DNA of 62,925 nt, filler included, from Collodictyon triciliatum (taxonomy: Eukaryota), in assembly GCA_043381765.1 (NCBI GenBank). It is 7 parts of 7 records of this genome, joined end to end, with 100 filler letters (N's around TTAATTAATTAA, not from the genome) between each part and the next. Parts side by side here need not be neighbours in the genome. Positions count along the whole stretch, not along the records: positions 11,416 to 19,716 come from JBHJMP010000094.1; positions 19,817 to 30,701 come from JBHJMP010000095.1; positions 30,802 to 51,696 come from JBHJMP010000096.1; 4 more parts are not named here. One strand, given 5' to 3'. A program made the translations under genes and the position numbers. This document shows, piece after piece, positions 19,691 to 42,329 of this stretch; within the stretch, counting starts at the first letter, position 1; every line of letters starts with the position of its first letter. The notes under the pieces were generated by a model that was given only the letters and a program-made list of their open reading frames with translations, was not told the DNA's origin and ran no database searches.

Positions 19691-20679
19691 GATTGAGAAA
19701 ACCTATAGTTTTTTTTNNNNNNNNNNNNNNNNNNNNNNNNNNNNNNNNNNNNNNNNNNNNTTAATTAATTAANNNNNNNNNNNNNNNNNNNNNNNNNNNN
19801 NNNNNNNNNNNNNNNNTTTTTTTTTTTTATTTTTTTTTTTTATGTTTTTTTTTATGCTTTTTTTTTATGCTTTTTAAGGCGGTGAGATCAAGAGTCGTTG
19901 GAAAGCGACGAGTGACTTGTGGTTTGCGGCAGGGTTTGTCTTGATCTGTGGCAGGATCAAAAGTGTGGTGTTTTCAGAATGATTTGACCTATATGATCCA
20001 CGTCACAGATGCGATCACTCGCAAGTTCAGCTGTCGCGTTTTGACCGCACTAATATGTTGTTTTAAATTCGGTAGGTAGCTGTCTTATTATGGACACTTT
20101 ATGACTTACTGACAGAAATTGGCACCTATATTGCGTCAAAAGTTAAGCATTTTTAATTTCCGTGAATAGTAATGTCCAGAATTGCTCATGATTTAATATG
20201 CGAACGCCGCCACCGATGGACAAAATGAATCGACCGCCGATGTTCGCGGTATCAGCCAACCATTCAGAGAATCGAGAACCCATTCCCTGACCATCCCAGA
20301 TGCTTAACTATGCCCATGTGGCTTTGATAATTCATATACACTATCTGAATACTTTTTAAAATATATTTACTCATCAAACGCTTTTTCAAACTAAATGCTC
20401 CGGAACAGAATCAACACAGGTCATTTTTCGATATTTAGGAATAACATCCAAGAATGGAATCGTCGTTGCAGATAATTCAATCATGACCATTACAGATAAA
20501 AATTTTATAATCTAAATAATTATCTAAATTAGGCGAAGTCATTCTATTCAACGGCGCCGAAAGGGAGCGGAAATAATCCGCCTGTGGGGAAACGAAGATC
20601 GGTCGCTGTCAACGCCGCAGAGGACAACCCAAGCGCAGGTCAGAGAAAAGCGCAGGCCAGAACATCTTTTCAAGCCGCG

Positions 20680-20700
20680 CTTTGAATCGAATAAAGAGAA
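20680..20700 (+). mobile_element. Truncated copy of the ultra-short element upstream of the GBP start
   Basis: 17-nt exact match CTTTGAATCGAATAAAG to the core. The flanks share only partial similarity (CAGAACA...CAAGCC). Confidence 0.55.
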
Positions 20701-20837
20701 GAGACAGAACAAAATGCGTCTTCAACAAGCCACGCGACTTGCAAGATGAGTTGCTTTTTAACTGCGAATAACTCGAACCGATGCACTTGCACACAAGAGA
20801 CAGACAAACAGACAGGACAAGAGACAATCAGACAGAA

Positions 20838-23800
20838 ATGTCGAAGCCGCAAAGTGGGCCGCTGCCGTTCATCACCCTGGAGGAAGATCCTGCGACCAAG
20901 CAGCCAACTTTTGTTCTTCACAAGGAGGCGTGCGATCAGATACGGGCTGTGAAGGAGCCTCTTTATGTATGTCCTATGTCTGCACGTATGCAAAGAAAAC
21001 TAAAATATACGCGTAGTATAATCATGGACCTTCACGCTTCATTTTCCCAATATATTTCCTCAAGCTCTTTTCTTGGCCGAATATGCATATTTGTTTCGTT
21101 TCTTCAAACAATCAGGTTGTGACGATCGCAGGGCTTTACCGGACAGGAAAGAGTTTCGTGATGAACCAAATGGCCGGATACACAACTGGGTTTGATATCG
21201 GTTACACTGTTGGTGAGATTTATGTAGTATCAAACAAACTTCACTTTTTCCCAAAAGTCGTAGTCAAAGACTGAAGCCTTTTCCATGTTTTGTAAATTCT
21301 AATTCACCTCAAAAAACTGAATGGTTTTTTTCTTCTTGACCTTTAGAGCCTTGCACCCAGGTTTCCTCCCTGAACACTCTTTCAACCCTCTATGCGATGC
21401 ATGTTTACAATATAAAGAACCTACCCCACAGCACAAATATATCATCAATTTTGATTATGATATATCATTCGGTCTATATGAATAATGATATGCGTTTGTT
21501 TTTAAATGATTTGCACGCGCTAAACATGGATCACTCAGGGTATTTGGATGTGGCTTGTTGACAGCGTGAAAGAGGATGACCAAAATCCCGCTTTGAGCAA
21601 GAAGATAAAGCTCCTCTTGTTAGACACGGAGGTGGGAATACCATCTCTATTTATTCGCATTCCCTTAATTTCAATTACAGAAGCCAGGTTGTAAACACTA
21701 TGACCCTGTATGAAGACATATACTAAGATATTAGGATATGAATTATGGAATCATGAATCAAGTAATTCGTAATTTCTAAAATTCATTCATTCATGTTAAC
21801 AACACTTTATTATTTTCTTTTGAAACCATTTAGGGTCTTGGTTCATATACAAAGACAGAGACGTATGATGTTCAGATTTTTTCATTCAGCTTGTTGCTTT
21901 GCTCCTATTTCGTGTATAACAGTCTCGGCAGCATCGATGAAACAGCATTGGATAGGCTCTCGTAAGTACTTTTTATATAATCCAACAAAGACTATTCCGA
22001 TACGACGCACATTTACTTGTTTCTTTTTCTTTTGGTCAAAGCTATTTGACGAATCGGGCCCTTCAAATAGACTGCATGTCTTGAATAATCTTGCTTTCTC
22101 TTTTCTTCTGAGATTGGTTTAAATTAACAAACAAATATCGAATAAAGGAAAAAAATTAACAAACAAATAAACATATATGTACAGACTCGTTATCGAGCTA
22201 AGTCGACATATTCAGGCTGAGGTCCACAGCGAAGGGGATGGAAACCGTGATGCCTTCAATCTAAGAGTATTCTTCCCAGGTTTTTTTCTTTATTATTTTT
22301 AGGAGCTTCAGATGCTATTGGATAGTTTATATCTTATTGTCTTTCATTTTTAATCTGTTTCCTGCTTTATTGTTTTGTTATAATTCCCCCTTTATTCGAT
22401 TCAAAATGTTTTATACCATCTTAGAATTCCTGTGGCTGGTCAGAGATTTCACTCTAGAGCTCTCATCTGGAGGGAAGCCGATCAGCTCCAACCAGTATTT
22501 GGAGAATGCACTAAGGCCTCATCCTGTCCGTGACATTTTTGGCATTTTTTTTTTCCGCTCTTTAATTGTTTTGTCTCAATACAACACTTTTGATACTTAC
22601 AGGGCGAATCAGCTGCAATTCAAGGCAAAAACTCCATTCGCAAAGCACTTGTTGAATTCTTTCCTGTTAGAGATTGCTTCACGATGAAAAGGCCCGTTGA
22701 TGCAGAGGAAAAGGTAATACACATTTGCACAATGCAAGCTGAAATATAAATGAGAAGGGAAAATATTTTAATAAGTATTTTATGATTCAGTATTCGTATC
22801 TGTCATTCGGAAACCTGTGCATTCCATAGGGACAAATAGTCAAGTTATTGAATGCATCACTGAATCCAATCCTGTAAATAGCTGCATCGACTAGCTACTT
22901 TGCCACGAAGCGAGTTTCGACCGGAGTACTTGGCCCAAATGGAGCAGTTGAGAAGGCATATTTTAGTGGGGTTTAGTCTATCACTCCAACCATAGCTATT
23001 ACATCAAGATTTCCACTCACTTTCAAGTAAATATTTTTTGTTGTTGGAATAATCGAATAATAGCTCGTTCTTTTTTCTCTTTCATTTTTTTTTTATACAG
23101 AAACGTGTCAAGCCAAAAACGCTATTCAATTATGAAGTCAATGGGCCAAGTAAGACTCTTTTGAAAAAGTCTTGAATCAGTTAATATATGACTCTTCTAC
23201 CACAAGATATATCCTGTCGTAACCCCCCCCCCCCCCCCCCCAAAAAAAAACAATAATTTTTTATTTTTTTTTAAATTTTTTTTTTTTTTTCATATATANN
23301 NNNNNNNNNNNNNNNNNNNNNNNNNNNNNNNNNNNNNNNNNNNNNNNNNNNNNNNNNNNNNNNNNNNNNNNNNNNNNNNNNNNNNNNNNNNNNNNNNNCA
23401 CCCCCCCCCCCCAAAAAAAAAAAAAACCCAACCCCCCCCCCCCCCCCCCCCCCCTAAAAAAAAAAAAAAAAAGGGTATCTTTTCAATTAATTTCAACTAA
23501 TTTTTGTGCAATCGTTCACAATAATTACCCACTGAAGTGTTCATTGGCCTTGCTGAAAGCTACGTGCATGCTATCAACAATGGAGGTGTTCCTGTCATTC
23601 GTACAGCCTGGGAAAATGTGTCAGAATCGCAAGTAACTCTACTCCTCATACGCACGATTATATTGCCATAGTTTAAATATATTATATACTCATGTCGGTT
23701 TCTTTTAAGTATAAAAACACGTTTTTCTTTTCTTTTCAAGACCAGGGAAGCATTTGAGGCAGCCCGCAAACACTACTCAACAACGTGAGTTTCCTTCAAT

Positions 23801-25360
23801 TTACACTTTCGTTCTTTAGGTGCATTCTACCGTACATGAGCGAATATTACAATAATATCAAAGTAGTTTTCTTCGAATTTTGACTCATAGCAATTTTTTA
23901 AATATAGGATGAAGGAATTTATTGCCTCCAAGCAAGTATAATTATTTTTCTTTATATATTTTTGATTGATTGATTCCAATGAAATTTCCCAACCATACAC
24001 TCTTATACTCACCCTTTTTTGTATAAGCAGATACTAGAGCACGAAGAAATCGAGTTGAAACACCACGAGGTCTTCCAGAAATCCATCGCCGTCTTTCGCA
24101 AGTCTGCTGTAGGGGATATTATGAAAGAATTCCAAGACAAACTTGAAGTATGGTTTCATACCATGACACATTCGGTTGACTGGTTCTTTAGAGGGGTTCC
24201 CTATTTTTCTTATCATTGTACGTTTGTCTGTTTCCATCCAGACGTCCTTGTGGGAGGCGTACCTAGATCTGCAGAAGGACAATAAATACAAGTCCTTGGA
24301 GGAGTGTCAACAGGCATCGGAGGAATGCATCGCTGCAGTGTCTACTGCCGTTTCATCAGGAGCGCTTACATCTGTGGACCAGCTCCAAGAGCAAATCCGC
24401 GTAAGAGAATCAGACTGCTAATTTTTTTCTTTTTGCTTTTCGCTTTTTGCTTTTTGCTTTTTGCTTTTTGCTTTTTGCTTTTTGCTTTTTGCTTTTTGCT
24501 TTGCTCAAATGCACATTATCCGCTAGTTTCGCCCGAAGACTTTATTATACGGTTCTATGCATTTCGAAGTATTGCCTGTTGAAACTACTCCTCTGGGCAC
24601 CATCACAAAATCATTTATTTACGCCCTCTCTCTTTCTCTCACTCATCGCTAGATTTCTGTCTCCCGCTATGAAAGAAGTGCCCGTGGAACTCACAAGTAT
24701 AAAGCGCTCTCGGAGTCACTCAAATCCAAGCCTCTGGACATGGCAGAGAAGGTTGTATGCACCATTTTATCAATCCACCATTCCCAACCGTATCACTAAA
24801 GTAAAGTCGGGGTTCAGATTTGTAATCGCCAAGTCGAGGCTGCGTCGACAAAAGTCCGCGAAGAGATGAAGCGTGCGATAGACCAGGCAGACCGCGAGTA
24901 CCAGGTTTTGATTTGCAGTCTTTACATATTAGTATATCTCTCTGCTTTCACGAAAACAGGCGCATGAAAACGCATCCCAACATATATGAACATGTCGAAA
25001 AAGAAAAAGAAAAAGAAAAAGAAAAAGAAAAAGAAAAAGAAAAAGAAAAAGAAAAAGAAAAAGAAAAAGAAAAAGAAAAAGAAAAAGAAAAAGAAAAAGA
25101 AAAAGAAAAGAAAAAGAAAAAGAAAACTTTTTTCCAATCAGCCGCCATACATCCAAGCTCTGTTCTACTCGGTTGATTTCTTCTCGATTTGTGACCTTGG
25201 ACTCATCCTTTTCATCCCAAACGTATGTAAAAAGCGCCTGCATACACTTTACAACAACATCGATATGGAGTACCGTCGTGCTCAAGCATCGCTCCGTGAA
25301 CTAGAGAGAGACAGACAGCATCTCTTTTTGCAGTTGACGAGGGCATCCGAATGGATGTAA
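20838..25360 (+). CDS. Guanylate-binding protein (GBP/atlastin-like large GTPase); multi-exon
   Basis: G1 GLYRTGKS, G2 PCTQGIWMW, G3 LLDTEGL, FVYNSLGSID, G4 FLWLVRDF, RDCFTMKRP, SYVHAINNGGVP, then a helical C-terminus. ATG at 20838; TAA at 25358-25360 is the probable stop. Confidence 0.92.
22138..22155 (+). mobile_element. Severely 5'-truncated copy of the ultra-short element in a GBP intron
   Basis: TCGAATAAAGG+A7 between perfect repeats AAATTAACAAACAAATA (22121-22137 and 22153-22169). Confidence 0.8.
22386..22405 (-). mobile_element. Truncated copy of the ultra-short element in a GBP intron
   Basis: CCTTTATTCGATTCAAA is an exact 17-nt match to the core. The tail is eroded and any TSD is weak. 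Confidence 0.55.
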
Positions 25361-25598
25361 AATACACACAGGCATACAAAGACACACAAACACACACAAA
25401 AAAAAAAAAAAAACTGGCCACTTTTTTTTCTCTCTCTCTCTCTCCCTTTTTATAATCATTATTTATTCCGTTGCTTGTGGCAGTTCTTTTGTCCTCATGG
25501 CTTCTTTCATTACCAAGTCGGAGATTCCAAAGCCTTTTTTCTCTTTCTCTTTCTCAACTTTTCTTTTTTCGAGTCATCCGTGCCTTGGCCTATTTGCC

Positions 25599-26359
25599 TT
25601 ATGCCTCCAGCTTTTTTGTCAACTCAACCGCAGACGATGGTGTCATTGTCGGAAAGTAGTTTTCACACAAATCCTCCTTTGGCACAAAGCCGCGGTTCTT
25701 GTAGAAACTCAAAGCTGCCTGATTCTCGCTTTGCACACGCACAACCAGCGTATCGAGTCCCTTCTGCTTAGCGTAATCTGACGCAGCCTTGAGCATCTCA
25801 GACCCTGTGTAGCAGAGTTTAGCAACCAGGGAGTTTGCGTTTTTCGTTTCCTTGCTTCTTGTGGCTGTTGTGAGTCATGTTGTAGAGAAAGAGCGAACAA
25901 AATAATCAAGAACAAAANNNNNNNNNNNNNNNNNNNNNNNNNNNNNNNNNNNNNNNNNNNNNNNNNNNNNNNNNNNNNNNNNNNNNNNNNNNNNNNNNNN
26001 NNNNNAAAAAAAGCAAGACCAACAAATGACAATTGAAAACGAAATGGAAACAGACCAAATCCAAAGCGACGATAGGCCGGGAGAACGCAGAGATGCCTCA
26101 GTGCAAGTCTTTTCTTCTCTTTGCTCTCATTCTGAAGGAAAAGTACACCCACAAGGATTTCGCTGTGATAGCACAGTCGAACTGTCTCTGGTGTCTTCAC
26201 CCACTCCAGCAGCGTTTTTTCGTCCACTTCGCGGCTTTCACACAAGCGAAGAACGATCTTTGCTTGGCGCTTGTTCTTGTCCGTCAAGTCGCCAAACTCA
26301 AAGGCGAAGCGTTTCTTTGTGTCTGCGCTGCTTCCTTCCATCACGTGCGACCTAACCAT
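25599..26359 (-). CDS. GNAT acetyltransferase, Naa50/San-like; two exons
   Basis: FGDLTDKN, LCVLPAYRRFGF|GSEML (acetyl-CoA motif A), VRVQSENQAALSFYKNRGF, NYF. Exons are about 26359-26057 and 25804-25599. Confidence 0.82.
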
Positions 26360-26923
26360 AGTTGTTTCTGTCTTACACGCGTGTAATTCACACGGGAAAG
26401 TCTGGCTCTAAACCCTCTTTCTCGGCGTTGGCTGGCGCTGATCAATGGGAGGCTCGGTTGTAATGATGCAAAGGTTCTTGAGCAGTGAATTACGCTGTAA
26501 TTTCCAGAATAGGTTTTCTATTGCGGAAAAGGGTGCAGCGCAGCCATCAAGATATATATCCTTTCTTTTGTTTGTCTGGCTTGTTGGCTCGTCAGGGTTT
26601 ATGGGTTTCTCCAGAAGGTGTGGCAATCACCATCGACAGATTTCATGCCTTTTTTTCAGAGGATATAATGGGTAATTAATATTTCTAAAGGGTGTGTTTC
26701 TTTGGTTAACTGCGATGGGAGACGTGAGATGAAGAAAGTAGAGCGCGGTGGGCACATCTTAAGGTAGTTGGGCAATTAGGGAGTGCGGTTGAAAGTGACG
26801 GACTCTTCGACAGCTCGCGGCGCAGTGTATCCTGCCTCGTTGGCTCGAGAAAATCGATCAGCCTTGGGGATGTGTCGAAATATAAAGCATCAGTGAATAC
26901 ATTTCTTCTAGTAACATTTTATT

Positions 26924-29900
26924 TTAAATGAAGTGAATGTGGGCTCTGAAAACCTGATGACAGATGGACATAATGATAGTTTTCCACAGCCAAAGCGGGA
27001 AAGAAAGAAAAATAGAAAATGACAAGTAGGTAATGATAAAGAACAGAACAGAAAAGACCTCTTCACGACCTTCTTCGAGGCTGATTCTGCTCAGCAAAAA
27101 AAGAGGTATGATAAAGAATGCAGCCAACGCAAAGAATCCCCACCTCATATTTCCTGTTACTGAGAAACAGAAAGTAAAATCACAAAAGAAACCAGAAGTT
27201 AAGTGTGAGGTGAGCAATAATTCAGAATAGTCTGATTATAGTTTAAGCAATGAAGATATTATTGCAACCATTGCAGATTATGAATAGCGATACAAAGGTA
27301 GGTATTTTCTGAGTTATGAGAATGTTTTCCTTCAATGAAATTATCATCAAGCAGTAAACATATACATTGCAATATTAAGCTGACAACCAAAGGCCCAATC
27401 CATGAGCTTCCTTTGTCAGTAATCTATGAAAGACCAATCATTTATCTCATGCATCGGGGAAAAAAACGAGGAATTACAAATGGAAAAAAGCATGTCAGAT
27501 TTTGGACGGTTTTCTATCATATGGCGAACCTCGTAGAGTCCAAAGAATTCAGATTCGTAGCCGCGTGGAATCAGATCTGAAAAGATTGTCCTGGAATAAG
27601 ATTGCACACTGCCAATGTTGAATCCATAAATGAAGCTGAACACGTATAATTCCTCGACCATAACGAGACCTTTTATGAAGGCGAGCAGAGGTTTTTTTTT
27701 TTTTGAGACTGATGTTTCAACTAGAAAAAAATGCAGGAAAATGGTGGTCTTGGTTTTTTTTTTTATTCACTCAAAAAAAGAAACGAATGTATGTTCCAAC
27801 AAACCAAATGGAGCCACAAAACCAAGGAGGCCGTAAAGAGGAAGCGTAAGCAAGAAGATCAGATGAAACTGAATGAGCTTCTTGGAACTCCAACCCAGTC
27901 GGCGTTGCATCCACAGGAAGAAAAAGTTTCCTTGAATAGAATACATAATTTATGATAGAAAATACGAAGCTCATTTGACATTGAATTTCTGATATTTTTC
28001 TTAAGATCAGATATTCTCGTCATGCACATATATATGAGACCAAAATAGACGACAAATGAAGAATGCCTGTGCGAATATTTCTTCAGAACTATACGATACC
28101 TATCAGCGCTGATATCGGGACAATAAATGCGATGATAATGAGTCCAGTGTCGCTTAGATCGAGTTCCTCCGTTCCAAAAAGAATGCCGATAGCGCCAACC
28201 GTATTGTAACCATCAGAGAAAATAAAGTATGCAAACAAATACAGAAAGGTATTTGGCAATCTCTTGTAATTTTTGATGGTTTTCAAGACTAAGTATTAAA
28301 TAAAATAAATTTAGAAGAGTTCAGAAGCACAGGGAATAATAATTAAAAAAAGAAAAATACCAGCTAATTTTTTTTTTTGTGATATGCATCTTTCCTAACA
28401 TTTAAATTCAAAAAAAAAACTACCCTTCTTTGCATACCTCTTTTCCATCCAAAGGTGAGAAACGACGATCCTTCTGGCAACTTATCACCGGGTCTTGGAT
28501 GAACAAAAAACATAAAAGGCAACGTAAAGAGAAACCACCAAACGCCTGCGATGAAGAGACATACACGATATCCAAGGTTGGATGAATCAGAGAGCAGGAT
28601 GCCAGAGCAGATGCCAAGCAGAATTAGTGGCGATACGTATCTGTTAATGGAAAATATTAACTTGGAAATAATTATCTTCTTAAAATATGCAAGTTTTTTT
28701 TTAATGCTTATTTTCTGGGACTGTGGGTAAACGAACGTAATCTGGTGTCTAATAAAACTGGATTAAAAAGTCATCACAATTTACGGACAAAAAACTGGGA
28801 CCATGTCACCTTACCCACTGGCAAAGCCGCGTGTTGATACATCGTTTGATACGCGTTCTTCGACTCGGACATAATTATCGGGACTTGCAGCAAGAACTTC
28901 AGGATGATTCTTTACCAAGAGTGGCAAGTAAGCGTTGTAGAAGACAACAGCACATCCAAAGAAAACGTTGCTCAGGACAGTAAGTACACCAGCAAGCCAC
29001 CAAACACCTTTATTATGTGGGGAAAAATATGAATATGATGAGGGAATGAAACATCAACGTCGTGGTTTTAACAAAAAAATGCAATATTCTTAAGACAGTT
29101 CATCTGGTGCATTTTTTCCCTTTCTCACCAGTGGTCAAAAAGATGAGCCTGATGTGTCATGAGGACAGTTGGGGAACTTACTTCCATCGACAACAACAAT
29201 AAACAGCATTGTGGAGATAGCACCAGCGTAAGCAAATCCAAGCATCATTTGCTTCCGAAGATTTCCATAGTCAGCGATTGGCGCAATGGTGATGAAACAA
29301 AGCGCCTATTTTAAATGATTTCAATATGTATACTGCATAAAAAATGAGACAAGCTAATACGATTATGCAGTGCAGTAAAAAAAAATAAAATAATTAGATC
29401 GATATGTGAGGGTCTACTTCAATTTACCTGCAAAAAGACAGAAACTGTGATAGCATAAAAGGCAAAAGCAGATGGAACGATTCCAATGCCCGCAAAGTTA
29501 ACCTTTTTGTCACAGTCCTCATCATCATCTTCGTCGTCTTCGGAACACCCGGCAGCCTCTTTTGCTATCTCCACAAGAAATACTGGGCTAAATTGAGGTA
29601 AACCATAATGAATGGCCTAAATAAATCAAACAAAATCAAACAAAATCAAACAAAATCAAACAAAAAGACAAAAGACAAAAAACAAACACAAAACAAACAC
29701 AAAACAAACAAAAAACAAACAAAAAACAAACAAAAAGACAAAAAACATACAAAAAAACATACAAAAAAACATACAAAAAACATACAAAAAAACATACAAA
29801 AAACATACAAAAAACATACAAAAAAACATACAAAAAACATACAAAAAACATACAAAAAACATACAAAAAACATACAAAAAACATACAAAAAACATACAAA

Positions 29901-30201
29901 AAACATACAAAAAACATACAAAAAACATACAAAAAACATACAAAAAACATACAAAAAACATACAAAAAACATACAAAAAAAAGACAAAAGACATTAAAAG
30001 AGGTAAATACTATTTTTGTGGAGGGAGCATGCAATAATATCGATGTACTCACATGAAAATACCTATGGAAGTGTTGTTATAGACGGAGTTGGCCCAGTCG
30101 TAACAATACCAAGCGTACAACTCACGTTTGCTTGTGATAGGCTCGGCTTCTTTGGTCTGCAGTGGATCGTCTCCAATCAGCCTTGACTGCTCTGACTCCA
30201 T
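26924..30201 (-). CDS. Atg22/UMF1-like major facilitator transporter; multi-exon
   Basis: RELYAWYCYDWANS, APIADYGNLRKQ, VFYNAYLPLL, NDVSTRGFA, YLFAYFIFSDGYNT, GSVQSYSRTIFSDLIPRGYESEFFGLY. ATG at 30201, stop at 26924. Confidence 0.88.
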
Positions 30202-30603
30202 GCGTTCGGACGAAGCACAAACCTGTCTCGGCCTATTCAGGGTTTTTTTTTTTCGAAAGTCACACTTCGGGTTGACAGCTGAGTCGCAAGTGGTTTTGAT
30301 TTGGAGACATCGGCCGACGCAATCCCGATTTCATTTGATTTTTTTTTTTTAAAGAAAAAAGCGATAATTTTTTGTGCTTGCGTATTTTGTTGTGCGCTTT
30401 TTTTAATTGGGAAAATCTTTTTTATCATCGCGTGCGTTTAATATTCCTCTTCGATTAGAATTGCAACCCAGGAAAACGCTTTTATCTTTTCAAGGTCTTC
30501 ATCTGAATCAGCTTTTCTTTAATTGTTTGGTTACAGAAGGAAGGGACAACACAAATGGTGGGATAAAGTAGAGGACTCTGGTTGATTTGAATCTTTTGAC
30601 AAA

Positions 30604-30635
<32 letters not shown>

Positions 30636-31115
30636 CAAAACAAAACAAAACAAAACAAAACAAAACAAAACAAAACAAAACAAAACAAAACAAAACAAAA
30701 CNNNNNNNNNNNNNNNNNNNNNNNNNNNNNNNNNNNNNNNNNNNNTTAATTAATTAANNNNNNNNNNNNNNNNNNNNNNNNNNNNNNNNNNNNNNNNNNN
30801 NAGAAAAAAGAAAGAAAAAAGAAAGAAAAAAGAAAGAAAAAAGAAAGAAAAAAGAAAGAAAAAAGAAAGAAAAAAGAAAGAAAAAAGAAAGAAAAAAGAA
30901 AGAAAAACAGAAAAACAGAAAAACAGAAAAACAGAAAAACAGAAAAACAGTCACGAAATAGCGATCGAGGCGATGCTTTCCCCCAAGAAGATCCTGTTTT
31001 GCCCGTTTAGTCTTCCTGTTGTCTCTACTGTTGCTTGCTTGTGATGAAAATGAGCACTCAAAACCTTTTTAAAATCACATTCCTGTGTTTCAGAAATTCC
31101 CGGGCGATCTCGACT

Positions 31116-41985
<10,870 letters not shown>

Positions 41986-42329
41986 CGGAGCCGCCGCCAC
42001 TCTTAACCACTGAACCCTTTTCTTTCCTTTGCCGTCTCGCTTTCCCTGTCAAAATAAAAAAATACGAGAAACGAAGGGAGAAAAAAAAACCAAAGATAAA
42101 TGCTCCAATCGAATACAAACGAACGCGTTTCTTTGACACTGTTTGACTCGCGCGTTGACACACGTTCCTTTCATACCCTTTTGCCAAGTATCTTCAGCAG
42201 ACGCACACGGTCCCTTCACTAGAAAAAAAGAAAAGAAAAGAAAAGAAAAAGAAACAAACGAAACAAACGAAAACAAAAGAAACAAACAAACAAACAAACA
42301 AAAAATAAAAAAAACCAGAGGCCAAGCCG

